A DNA stretch of 34,996 nucleotides, taken from assembly GCA_025450105.1 (NCBI GenBank), contig JANWIA010000034.1, positions 1 to 34,996 of the forward strand. The letters are read 5' to 3'. Under the pieces are notes generated by a model, which saw only the letters and a program-made list of their open reading frames with translations, ran no database searches and was not told the origin of the DNA. Both the position numbers and the translations under genes were made by a program. The stretch comes from Candidatus Doudnabacteria bacterium. GTDB taxonomy: Bacteria; Patescibacteriota; Doudnabacteria; UBA920; O2-02-FULL-48-8. Positions 19,489 through 28,075 of this stretch are shown piece by piece (the first letter of the stretch is position 1; each line of letters starts with the position of its first letter).

Positions 19489-20280
19489 ATGGACCAACTT
19501 CGGCGCTCCAAAAGGCTTTGCCTCCGTGGTCTGTACGCGGCATTTGTGTCGGCGATCTTCATCGCTAACATTTTTGCCAGCTGGACCCTCGGCTTTGCTG
19601 TCATCATCCTCCTGCTCACCGTTATCTCCATCAGTGTCTTTACTGACCGGAGAGAATCGGTGAAGTTTTTTAACACTACCCTCATCCGACCCACTATGCG
19701 AACCAACAACCGCTGGTGGGTGTGCATGGCGGGTATGGTAATCATCAGTGGTGTTGTCTGGATTGGAACCTGGGCGATCTTTGGGATGGGAAGTCCCACC
19801 GGAGGTCGCCACCCCACGGAAATCATGTCCAACCAGTCTACTTCTTTAATGGATCAGCGAATGGCCAACCTTCAAAAGTCTGGCCGTTTTGCTTCCAACG
19901 AAGAACTGGGCCTGGGAGGACAAGTCGAGCAAGTCTCGATTCTTTCCAACGACAGGCAAGACCCCACCCGCGAAGCGTGGATCTTTAGGTTGAGAGGGAT
20001 ATTCATTTTGCTCATCCTTCTCCTACTCTACTCGTTCTTCGCATTCTCGGATGAAGTCAAAGACACCTGGTACGCAGCCAAAGCCAAAGTCACGGGAGTA
20101 ACGGAAGGAACCTCTATTCCCACGACCGCGGTCCAAGCTGCTATCGCAACCGCAGTCCCAGTTGCCGCCGCCGCTGTCACCAAATCCGCAGGGATTGGTT
20201 TCGGCCGGTTGCTTGGGATTGATATCCTCAGCGAGTTCATCACTGGATTCGCTTCCCGAATAATCAGAGGCGCGCGCTAA
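19489..20280 (+). CDS. Hypothetical membrane protein
   Basis: SD AGAGGA; about 4 hydrophobic segments; Ala/Thr linker; operon spacing. Confidence 0.75.
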   Translation: MDQLRRSKRLCLRGLYAAFVSAIFIANIFASWTLGFAVIILLLTVISISVFTDRRESVKFFNTTLIRPTMRTNNRWWVCMAGMVIISGVVWIGTWAIFGMGSPTGGRHPTEIMSNQSTSLMDQRMANLQKSGRFASNEELGLGGQVEQVSILSNDRQDPTREAWIFRLRGIFILLILLLLYSFFAFSDEVKDTWYAAKAKVTGVTEGTSIPTTAVQAAIATAVPVAAAAVTKSAGIGFGRLLGIDILSEFITGFASRIIRGAR

Positions 20281-20298
20281 GCGCCCAGGAGCTAACGG

Positions 20299-20985
20299 AT
20301 GGTCAAACGTCTCATCGCCGTAATCGTGCTGTTCTTCCTGTTGGGTGTCGCCCTCGCCTACATTGGCGTTGTCGATTCCGCAGGATCAGCATTCTGGTGG
20401 CTCATGGCGCTAAGCCTGCCGCTGCTCGTCGCCCACTACTTCGTCAGTGAAGGTTACTTCGGACCTCATCAAGTCCTAGTGCCGGTCATTGCGGTGTACA
20501 TTCTGTTCGGCGGCATCGCCTGGCAGTATTACAGCAGCAGTTTCCCGTTCACCAGCCAACAGATGGTTCAGGGGAAAATCGAAGCTGACGTCAAAACGGC
20601 CGACGCTCTCGAATCCAAAACCGGACCCGGAATTCACATCCTGGCTCGTGAGGATCGAGAAGAAAGCAAGGCCAAGGTCACAAAGTGGACCGCCGACCGA
20701 CTTAGAGGACTGGAAGACCAGTTCAATAAGAAGGAGATCACCTACCAACAGTGGGTTGATCTAAAGGCTGACACTTATAGACACAATACAGCTTTGCTCG
20801 CAGAAATCGATGCCAAGCTGCGTGTCCCGGACACCGATGACGGACTAGCAGCGCGATCGACGTTCAATATTTGGAAAGATCGCATTGCAGGGTTCGCCAG
20901 CGAGCCGGAGAACTTGATTGCCGTGATTTTCGTCGGCACTCTGTTCCTCCTGGCTTTTTCATCCACCGGCACTGCCAAAAAGTAG
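20299..20985 (+). CDS. Hypothetical membrane protein
   Basis: SD AGGAG; three N-terminal TM segments, helical loop, C-terminal TM. Confidence 0.78.
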   Translation: MVKRLIAVIVLFFLLGVALAYIGVVDSAGSAFWWLMALSLPLLVAHYFVSEGYFGPHQVLVPVIAVYILFGGIAWQYYSSSFPFTSQQMVQGKIEADVKTADALESKTGPGIHILAREDREESKAKVTKWTADRLRGLEDQFNKKEITYQQWVDLKADTYRHNTALLAEIDAKLRVPDTDDGLAARSTFNIWKDRIAGFASEPENLIAVIFVGTLFLLAFSSTGTAKK

Positions 20986-20991
20986 GTGACC

Positions 20992-21846
20992 ATGCTCAAT
21001 TTCATCAAAGGTCTCGTATCCTTCGTGGTCTTGGTGGCTGTCTTCCTGCTTTTCCGCGACGACATCTACGCAATGCTGCGCCGGACGCCGCTGTCCAAGG
21101 GCGATCGAGAAATCGAACGCACTACGGACGTGCTCACGGACAATGGCATTGCCAAAACCCGTGTGCAGAACCAGCCAGTACTCAATGCCTCTGCTCAATT
21201 CGCCAGCACCAATGCTGACGAAGCCGAAGCCCTCAACCGAATTGGTGACATGATCTTCGACAAGACCACCAACGAGTTGCGAGCCAAGCTTCGGGCGCGA
21301 GGCAAGGTCTTCGGTGACTTCTCCATCAATCCGGGAGCAGTTATCGTCGAACCGTTTCAGGGCACCGCAGTACTCAATCCGGCAAGCCTCAAGCACACCG
21401 GCAAGAGTATCTGCGGTCAGGGCACGCTGGTCATGTACGGACGTGTCAGTTCCGATCCAGACAACAGGGTTCTCAACATACCTGTTGATGGTCGGGGCTG
21501 GGTCGATACTCTTGGGAATCGGTTACCGAACCCCGAAGGCTATCGACCCGTAGGCAGCGTCAACGGTTGGCCACTGGTGCACGAAGATGCACCATATATG
21601 GCCGCATTGGTCTATCTCGACACTGACCAGCCGTACTACAACTGGAAGCCTGTCCAACAGGCTCCAGACGGAACCGTCACCGCCGTCGCACTCGAGGTGA
21701 CTGGCATCCCAGGATGTCACGAAATCAAATGGGCGTTCAACGACTTTATTGTCGACAACGCCTTTCCAAGACCAAGCCCTGCCCGTGACGGCATGGCGAG
21801 GAACTATTCAATCGGAGGACCAATCGAAGTTCGAGTGATTCAGTAG
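20992..21846 (+). CDS. Hypothetical membrane-anchored protein
   Basis: SD AGGTG before ATG 20992; single N-terminal TM, beta-rich C-terminal part. Confidence 0.75.
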   Translation: MLNFIKGLVSFVVLVAVFLLFRDDIYAMLRRTPLSKGDREIERTTDVLTDNGIAKTRVQNQPVLNASAQFASTNADEAEALNRIGDMIFDKTTNELRAKLRARGKVFGDFSINPGAVIVEPFQGTAVLNPASLKHTGKSICGQGTLVMYGRVSSDPDNRVLNIPVDGRGWVDTLGNRLPNPEGYRPVGSVNGWPLVHEDAPYMAALVYLDTDQPYYNWKPVQQAPDGTVTAVALEVTGIPGCHEIKWAFNDFIVDNAFPRPSPARDGMARNYSIGGPIEVRVIQ

Positions 21847-21881
21847 ACTGTCAAAGACGGTCTCCTGATCCAAGAATCAAC

Positions 21882-21930
21882 AAAGGGGTTGTGGCGCGTA
21901 GCAATGCGTGACCACAGCCCCTCTTTTTTT
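21882..21930 (+). terminator. Intrinsic terminator of the four-gene orphan operon
   Basis: AGGGGTTGTGG...GCAA loop...CCACAGCCCCT followed by T7. Confidence 0.88.
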
Positions 21931-21963
21931 ATTTAAATTGCTTCCGCTTAGATACCAAAAGCC

Positions 21964-21992
21964 TTGACAAACCGACTATTTTTTGATATATT
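21964..21992 (+). promoter_or_regulatory. sigma70 promoter
   Basis: TTGACA-17 bp-TATATT with extended TG. Confidence 0.8.
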
Positions 21993-22070
21993 TAGCTGTT
22001 CATTTTAGGATCGTTCTTTTAAATTCTCGTTAACCAATTTCGGTATCAACGATCTTCAGGAGGAAGTTCA

Positions 22071-23288
22071 ATGAAACGCAATGTGACGTTCGTCGCAACG
22101 CTTTTGGCACTGGTCATGACAGCCAGTGTTGCCAACGCCCAGAAGCTGCCCAAGGGCATGAGTCGGACAGTGGCGCTGGAGAATGTGAAGCGCGAGGTTC
22201 TCCTCAAGAATTCACAACTCAAGTTCGTTAACCAAACGACAATCACCGGCAACATCACGGAACCGATTGATCTGCAGACCATGTCCAACGGCGACGCCCT
22301 GACCAAAATCCTGGCGCCGGACAATGCCTGGTACGCAGCTGGCGAGATCATTTACCTCGTCAGGCTCGATCAGCTGCCGGAAGCCGCCGCGAAAACCGCG
22401 ACTCCTTCGGCGCCTGCAACTTCGACAGCCTCTTTGGCCCGAAGCAATTCGCCGCAGATGCCGCAAGAGCAGATGCCGCAACAACAGTACCCGCAAGTTC
22501 CCTATCCACAGCAGAACGTTCCCAACGTTCCTGCCCAACCCGCGCCTCGGCGCCCGCCATGCAGTGATGGTGCTCCCGGCTGCATGTACTATGACGGAGT
22601 CAACCCACCGCTGATTTCCTACAACGGCGGTCCAATGGCTCCTGCTGCAGCGTACCGTCAGCAGTACCCCACGGCGACCTATGTCGGCGGCACGGGAACT
22701 CCGACGAACACTTACTATGGTGGCGTCGGTTATCCCAGCGGTTACCGCAACGGCTACAATCAGTACGGCTACGGTTCCTACGGTCAATACGGCCGTTACG
22801 GTTTCTACGCCAACTGCTCCATGCCCATGTTCCAGGGCGACGCGGACTGCACCCACGGCGACATCAAAATCGACGCGGGTGACGGCAGCTTCCTCAAGAA
22901 GTTGTTCGTAAACTTCGGCGATCGGGAAGCCGCAACACGTGGTGTCAGTATCTACGTCGACGGCGACTACTTTGGCCCAGCCAGCAAGCACGACAGCGGG
23001 CACAACGACTCTCTTCGACTGCCTGTTGGTCGACACCTGATTCAGTTGGTCAATCTCTCCGAATCTCCGACCGTCTTCGAAACCACCATCAACGTCAACA
23101 GCGCCTACGTCAATAAGGGCAAGCCCTTGTTCGTCCGAGTCGACCAGTTGGTCTTCACTCGAGCCCCATTCCTTCGGGCGTTCGAAAACGAAGTTCCACA
23201 AATGGAATCAGCTGGCGACATTCTCGCCCGACCGCCCAGCGTTCACACACTTCCCTGCCGACCAATCGCCGGCGGTGGATGCAATTAG
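22071..23288 (+). CDS. Secreted protein with PQ-rich and GY-rich regions and a probable PEGA-like domain
   Basis: SD AGGAGG; signal peptide ending ANA-Q; VSIYVDGDYFG...LPVGRHLIQL fits the PEGA pattern; paired cysteines. Confidence 0.8.
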   Translation: MKRNVTFVATLLALVMTASVANAQKLPKGMSRTVALENVKREVLLKNSQLKFVNQTTITGNITEPIDLQTMSNGDALTKILAPDNAWYAAGEIIYLVRLDQLPEAAAKTATPSAPATSTASLARSNSPQMPQEQMPQQQYPQVPYPQQNVPNVPAQPAPRRPPCSDGAPGCMYYDGVNPPLISYNGGPMAPAAAYRQQYPTATYVGGTGTPTNTYYGGVGYPSGYRNGYNQYGYGSYGQYGRYGFYANCSMPMFQGDADCTHGDIKIDAGDGSFLKKLFVNFGDREAATRGVSIYVDGDYFGPASKHDSGHNDSLRLPVGRHLIQLVNLSESPTVFETTINVNSAYVNKGKPLFVRVDQLVFTRAPFLRAFENEVPQMESAGDILARPPSVHTLPCRPIAGGGCN

Positions 23289-23340
23289 TTTCACTGAACT
23301 CAAGTCACTGTAAGCGCAAGCGCTGACAGTGAGGTAAATC

Positions 23341-23373
23341 AAAAGGCCGCTCCCACATGGGTGCGGCCTTTTT
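23341..23373. terminator. Bidirectional terminator
   Basis: AAAAGGCCGC...GCGGCCTTTT between convergent genes. Confidence 0.85.
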
Positions 23374-23394
23374 CTTTTAAACTAGATTTTCGCG

Positions 23395-23760
23395 TTAGAC
23401 TGTTCCGAGCAAAGCATTCTCAATAACACGGAGAATGACATAAGCGAGGATGATGACGATGATACCAATGATAGCGTTGAGGATCGTCTTTTTGGCAGCC
23501 TCGACAGTTTCTTCATTGCCACCCGCGGTTACGTATCGGAATCCACCGATGATCAAGAAGAGAATTGCGATTAATCCGGCAAGTGCCAAAGCAATCTGGA
23601 CAATTCGAGTGATGATCGAGGTGATTGTGGTGTTACCGCCGGAAAAACCTGTGGCTAATCCCCCGGGAGGCGGCGGAAGAATTTGCGCCGATACCAACAA
23701 AGGGACTGCCAAAGCTACTACGGTAGCCGCTGCTGCAAAATGTCTGGATGTTAGTTTCAT
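23395..23760 (-). CDS. VirB2/TrbC-like (CPR-type) pilin
   Basis: Signal peptide; IIGGFRYVTAGGNEE...AKKTILNAIIG between two TM helices. Confidence 0.9.
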   Translation of the reverse strand: MKLTSRHFAAAATVVALAVPLLVSAQILPPPPGGLATGFSGGNTTITSIITRIVQIALALAGLIAILFLIIGGFRYVTAGGNEETVEAAKKTILNAIIGIIVIILAYVILRVIENALLGTV

Positions 23761-23845
23761 ATTTTTATACCTTTCTTATTTCTGTCCCGCCTATTGGCGG
23801 GATCGACCTTTATTGGTTTTAAAAATTAACCGACAAATTAATTTA

Positions 23846-24226
23846 CTATCCTATATTGCCATCGATCGCGTTCACAATTACTACAAGGATGACCCAGGAT
23901 AGGATAATGATTGCCAATCCAATGATGGCGTTTGTTAAAACACGCTTGCCTTGTTCGGTTCTGTCTTCGTTACCACCAGCCGTCATGTACAAGTAACCAC
24001 CATAAACGACAAATGCAATTGCGATGACGCCTGCAATTTCCAAAGCCAAGGTTACGATCGCCCGCAAGATACCGCCAATTGTCAGATCGCCGGTGCCGAA
24101 AGCAAAAGTGGCCTGACCAGGGACTGACTGTAATACAATAGCGCTAGCACTTGGTACGTTTAAAACAAAAACCATTACTAGCCCTAGCAATACTGGCAAA
24201 TATCGAATTATTAGTTTGTTTCGCAT
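23846..24226 (-). CDS. VirB2/TrbC-like pilin
   Basis: VYGGYLYMTAGGNED...GKRVLTNAIIG. Confidence 0.9.
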   Translation of the reverse strand: MRNKLIIRYLPVLLGLVMVFVLNVPSASAIVLQSVPGQATFAFGTGDLTIGGILRAIVTLALEIAGVIAIAFVVYGGYLYMTAGGNEDRTEQGKRVLTNAIIGLAIIILSWVILVVIVNAIDGNIG

Positions 24227-24279
24227 ATGAAAATTTAGCCTAAATATTATAACAATGCCTAATTATTATTGCAAATTTT

Positions 24280-24660
24280 TTATGGTGCACCGACATCGCC
24301 GTTAATTGCATTGGTGACAACAACCAGAATGACCCAGGACATAATTATTATTATTAGTCCAATGATGGCGTTGGAAATGATCTTCTTGCCCTTCTTGTTT
24401 TGATCCTCATTTTGTCCTGCCGTCATATAATAGTAGCCGCCGAGGACTAAAAAGAACATTGCGATCACCCCAGAGATCTCCAACATCAATTCCAGGATTT
24501 TTTGGAGTATTCCTTTGAAGGTGCCGTTACCAAATGAGGCAAAGAGACCAGGAGCCGGGTTATTATTCCCCCCATTTAGGAAACCCTGAGCATAAACACT
24601 ACTGGCAAAAGCGAAATTTACGACCAGTAACAGAAAAAATATTTTGAGTTTTCTTTTCAT
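24280..24660 (-). CDS. VirB2/TrbC-like pilin
   Basis: VLGGYYYMTAGQNED...GKKIISNAIIG. Confidence 0.9.
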   Translation of the reverse strand: MKRKLKIFFLLLVVNFAFASSVYAQGFLNGGNNNPAPGLFASFGNGTFKGILQKILELMLEISGVIAMFFLVLGGYYYMTAGQNEDQNKKGKKIISNAIIGLIIIIMSWVILVVVTNAINGDVGAP

Positions 24661-24663
24661 AAA

Positions 24664-25293
24664 TTATACAAATAAATTTTTAACAGCTTCAATTAACACG
24701 TAAGCAAGAAGTGCAGTCATGAACCCGACAATTGACCAGAGCAGTCCAGTTTTAGCTTTGGCAGTTTGTTGTTCGTTGCCGGCGGCCGTAATATAAAGGA
24801 AACCATTATATACAATCATGACTGAAGCGAGGAATCCTAGCAAGCCCAAGAACATGGTTACGATCTTGGTTATGAACTGCTGCGTGTCACTTGAGCTCAA
24901 CGGATTCTGGATAGTTGGATTGCCTACGCCGCCTGGAATTGGAACAAAACCAATAAAATTCTGGAATCCTAATACTATTGAAAATGACAGGACGGAAACA
25001 ACCACGCCGATTCTCGCGTAACTAAAACCTGCTTTAGCAATTTTTAAATTTTCCGGTTCACCTCTGGCCATCAACATTCTGAATCCACTGACAACAATCA
25101 TGGTCACTGCCAGCATTCCAATTACAGTGCCGACAAAGACCAGAGTTCTAACCATCAACCCTTCAAACGAAGTGATATCACCCAAACCATTGCAAAGTTG
25201 CGTAGTTGCCGTGCCTGTACAAGTCGCTGCACTAGCAAACAACGGGGTGACTAATAATGCTAAATTAAATTGTAATAATAAAAGTTTTTTCAT
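24664..25293 (-). CDS. Tandem two-domain VirB2/TrbC-like pilin
   Basis: Two pilin motifs (SGFRMLMARGEPE..AK; NGFLYITAAGNEQ..AK); ATGA overlap with the upstream gene supports start 25293. Confidence 0.88.
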   Translation of the reverse strand: MKKLLLLQFNLALLVTPLFASAATCTGTATTQLCNGLGDITSFEGLMVRTLVFVGTVIGMLAVTMIVVSGFRMLMARGEPENLKIAKAGFSYARIGVVVSVLSFSIVLGFQNFIGFVPIPGGVGNPTIQNPLSSSDTQQFITKIVTMFLGLLGFLASVMIVYNGFLYITAAGNEQQTAKAKTGLLWSIVGFMTALLAYVLIEAVKNLFV

Positions 25294-25691
25294 CCCCAAA
25301 ATTGGAATATTCCTTGGAAGCCAGGAAGCGAACCACCGGAAAGCTGACTAACAACGATATTAATAATCAAATACGATGCAAGAACAATCCCCAACCCCAA
25401 TACTGCATTACTTATTGTTGCTTTGCCTTTCTTAATAGACTCCGGGTTACCGCCAGACATAAGCATCTGGACTCCGCCAACCACCAAAAATAATAGTGCT
25501 ACCATTCCAGAACTAACCAAAAGAAAATTTATCATGTAAATGATCAATGTTTTGAGATCGCTTAGTCCGCAATCCTTGGCAGCTTGCGCCCCTTGGCAAT
25601 CAGTCGGCACTAAACCGGCCGCTATTACAAACATTGGCAGCGCCAGCAAAGTCAACACAAGTAAATTAACGACAAATGTTTTTCGTGTCAT
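25290..25691 (-). CDS. VirB2/TrbC-like pilin with Cys pair
   Basis: GLVPTDC...DCGLSDL; VGGVQMLMSGGNPE...GKATISNAVLG. Confidence 0.9.
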   Translation of the reverse strand: MTRKTFVVNLLVLTLLALPMFVIAAGLVPTDCQGAQAAKDCGLSDLKTLIIYMINFLLVSSGMVALLFLVVGGVQMLMSGGNPESIKKGKATISNAVLGLGIVLASYLIINIVVSQLSGGSLPGFQGIFQFWG

Positions 25692-25692
25692 G

Positions 25693-26982
25693 TTATTTTG
25701 GAATTAACCTTAACTGTTGATTGGCGTTTTGCACTGCCGTATCGGGGCTGACATTTCGCAAAACTACATCTTCGATCATTTTAATGAAGATTCCTTCAAA
25801 TTCATTTGCATCCTGTTTGCGTACACTTTTGGATGACGGCGCGTTTTGCGCAAAATGGCCAATATCTAAATCGGAAAATTGCTCGGTAATAGTATCCTTT
25901 CGGGATGCCGGGAGTTTGTGCACCGCGTAATATTTTTGCAGGACATCTTTTTGCGTGATGAACTGCAGAAAGTCCCAAGCCGCGGCTTGCTTGGTGGATG
26001 TTTTAGAAACAGCCTCGCCCCAGTAATTGGCAAAATTAACTTTTGGATTGACTAAGTCCGGCTGCGGCACTGGCGCCACATCCCAATTAAGATTTGGAGC
26101 TTTATCGATAATGCGATCCCGCATATAGGAATAGGAAATCATCATGCCCAATTTGTTTTGCGAAAAGGCATCCACGCTATTGTCCGATCGGGAGTTCCAG
26201 GTATAAGAAACTAACCCTGGATTTGTGAATTGTGTAAAATATTCCAAAGCCTTTGAGGCTGGGAAATATGTATCATTGCCTGTACCTGGCAAACGCTTAT
26301 CCAAACTTGGATCGCCTTGCTCGTTATAAAACTCCGTTCCGTTTTGCAGCATGAGTAAGGATAAAATATCTACGCCACGATTGACGTTAGAGGCCGCACC
26401 CATGGCAATTCCGGAATGGATAAAGTCACCATTCTTTTGCTGCGAGGTAATTTTTTGCACTGCACTGACAACTTCCACCCAAGTCTTTGGCGGTTCCGAA
26501 ATCCCAACCGAATTCAAAATATCCTTGTTGTAGTAAAGCGCCAAAACATCCACCGACAGCGGCATGGCGTAAATTTTTCCGTCTTCTACAAAATCGGCGC
26601 TGGCTACATCAAGAAAAGTATCCTGATATTGGCGCTGGGTCACGCCAGGCGCTGGGGCCATTTTTTCAATATGATTTGGCAACCAGTCGTTATGAATCGA
26701 AAAGATGTCCGGACCCTTGCCCGAGGCAATGGCGTCGATCAATTCCTTCTCGTAGTTGTTGATGTCCTTGGTTACCGGCTGGATGCGGACATTTTTATGG
26801 ACCGCGGTATAAGCGTCGATTAATGGCTGGAGATTGTTGGTTGTTTCGAAAGGCTTCCACCAAACGAGTTCAATTTGCTCGTTGCTGGTTTTTGGCGTGC
26901 CGCCAGAAGATAACAATGCACCGAGCACCAAAATAATGAAAAAGAAGACAATGGCGCCGATTATTAAGTATTTTTTTGACAT
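25693..26982 (-). CDS. Extracellular solute-binding protein (sugar-binding family 1), membrane-anchored
   Basis: N-terminal TM; ASGKGPDIF, GKIYAMP, LYYNKD, AAWDFLQF. Confidence 0.92.
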   Translation of the reverse strand: MSKKYLIIGAIVFFFIILVLGALLSSGGTPKTSNEQIELVWWKPFETTNNLQPLIDAYTAVHKNVRIQPVTKDINNYEKELIDAIASGKGPDIFSIHNDWLPNHIEKMAPAPGVTQRQYQDTFLDVASADFVEDGKIYAMPLSVDVLALYYNKDILNSVGISEPPKTWVEVVSAVQKITSQQKNGDFIHSGIAMGAASNVNRGVDILSLLMLQNGTEFYNEQGDPSLDKRLPGTGNDTYFPASKALEYFTQFTNPGLVSYTWNSRSDNSVDAFSQNKLGMMISYSYMRDRIIDKAPNLNWDVAPVPQPDLVNPKVNFANYWGEAVSKTSTKQAAAWDFLQFITQKDVLQKYYAVHKLPASRKDTITEQFSDLDIGHFAQNAPSSKSVRKQDANEFEGIFIKMIEDVVLRNVSPDTAVQNANQQLRLIPK

Positions 26983-27077
26983 GTTTGTTTCGGAAATTTG
27001 GTTTCTTTCATAAAAATTCTACAATATATGATTGAAAAAATCAAATTGGTCAATGTGCACATTCTGATTTTAGAAAC

Positions 27078-27110
27078 AAAAAACCCTGAAATGTTATTCA
27101 GGGTTTTTTT
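27078..27110 (-). terminator. Terminator after galU
   Basis: AAAAACCCTGAA...TTCAGGGTTTTT. Confidence 0.8.
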
Positions 27111-27111
27111 A

Positions 27112-28011
27112 CTAAATTTTTAATCCTTTAATGTACTTAGCAAAATCTTCACGCATATCTTCATGCTTGAGTCCGAATTCGACAACGGTTTTGAGGTATT
27201 CCAGTTTGTTGCCGCAATCATGGTACTTACTGTTTTGGATTTCTGCCGCATAAATTTTCTTGCCTTCTTCGAGCATTATGTTTACGGCGTCGGCATAAAG
27301 TAGTTCACGCGGTGTGTTAGATTTTTCAGCGCGCTTCATGACTTGCTCAATGGCCGGAAAAATTTCTGGGGTATAAAGATAACCGGAAACGATTGCGTGC
27401 TTAGATTTGGTTTTTCCGACTCCCGGCTTCTCAATAAGTTCAGATACTTCCAAAATTTGATCGTCGATTTTTTTACCGTCGGCTATGGCGTATCTGGTAT
27501 AATCTTCCGGTTTAGAAACCGGAATGCTTCCAAGGATCGCACTGCCACCAACCTTCTCGTATGCCGCAATTAACTGCTGGCAACGAGTTGGTGTTGCTTC
27601 GATAAAATCATCTCCCCATAAAACTATAAAGGGTTCATCCCCTACTAAATTTTTAGCGTTCCAAATTGCAGTCGCGGTTCCAGGTGGTCCCTTTTGTCGG
27701 ACGTAATAAAAGTTGGCCATTTCAGCAATGCGGCGAATTTCGTCCAGCTCAGTTTGCTTGCCGGAATTCTGCAATCGCTTTTCTAATTCGTAAGGATAAT
27801 CAAAATGGTCCTCGATATTTCTTTTGTGCCAGCCAGTGACAATAATAATGTCTTCGATCCCTGCTGAGACTGCATCCTCAACCACATATTGAATAATTGG
27901 TTTGTCGACAATCGGCAGCATTTCCTTTGGCTGGGCCTTTGTCGCAGGTAAAAATCGGGTACCAAAGCCGGCGGCTGGAATTACTGCTTTGCGAATTTTT
28001 TGCTTTATCAT
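27112..28011 (-). CDS. galU: UTP-glucose-1-phosphate uridylyltransferase
   Basis: KAVIPAAGFGTRFLPATKAQPKEMLPIVDKP, IEDHFD, IEKP, DCGNK. Confidence 0.96.
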   Translation of the reverse strand: MIKQKIRKAVIPAAGFGTRFLPATKAQPKEMLPIVDKPIIQYVVEDAVSAGIEDIIIVTGWHKRNIEDHFDYPYELEKRLQNSGKQTELDEIRRIAEMANFYYVRQKGPPGTATAIWNAKNLVGDEPFIVLWGDDFIEATPTRCQQLIAAYEKVGGSAILGSIPVSKPEDYTRYAIADGKKIDDQILEVSELIEKPGVGKTKSKHAIVSGYLYTPEIFPAIEQVMKRAEKSNTPRELLYADAVNIMLEEGKKIYAAEIQNSKYHDCGNKLEYLKTVVEFGLKHEDMREDFAKYIKGLKI

Positions 28012-28075
28012 AGTCCAAACATTAATGTAAGTGTATTAATATTAGTGCACTCTTAGGGAAAGGACAAGTCCACCC

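Noticed and set aside
18925-19812. 295-aa minus-strand ORF (also the 329-aa ORF at 22212-23201)
   Set aside because: Antisense to plus-strand genes that have promoter, SD and terminator support; long shadows are expected with C-ending codon bias.
18496-23390. Prophage or integrative element at tRNA-Leu
   Set aside because: Block lies at the 5' side of the tRNA; no integrase, phage genes or duplicated tRNA end seen.
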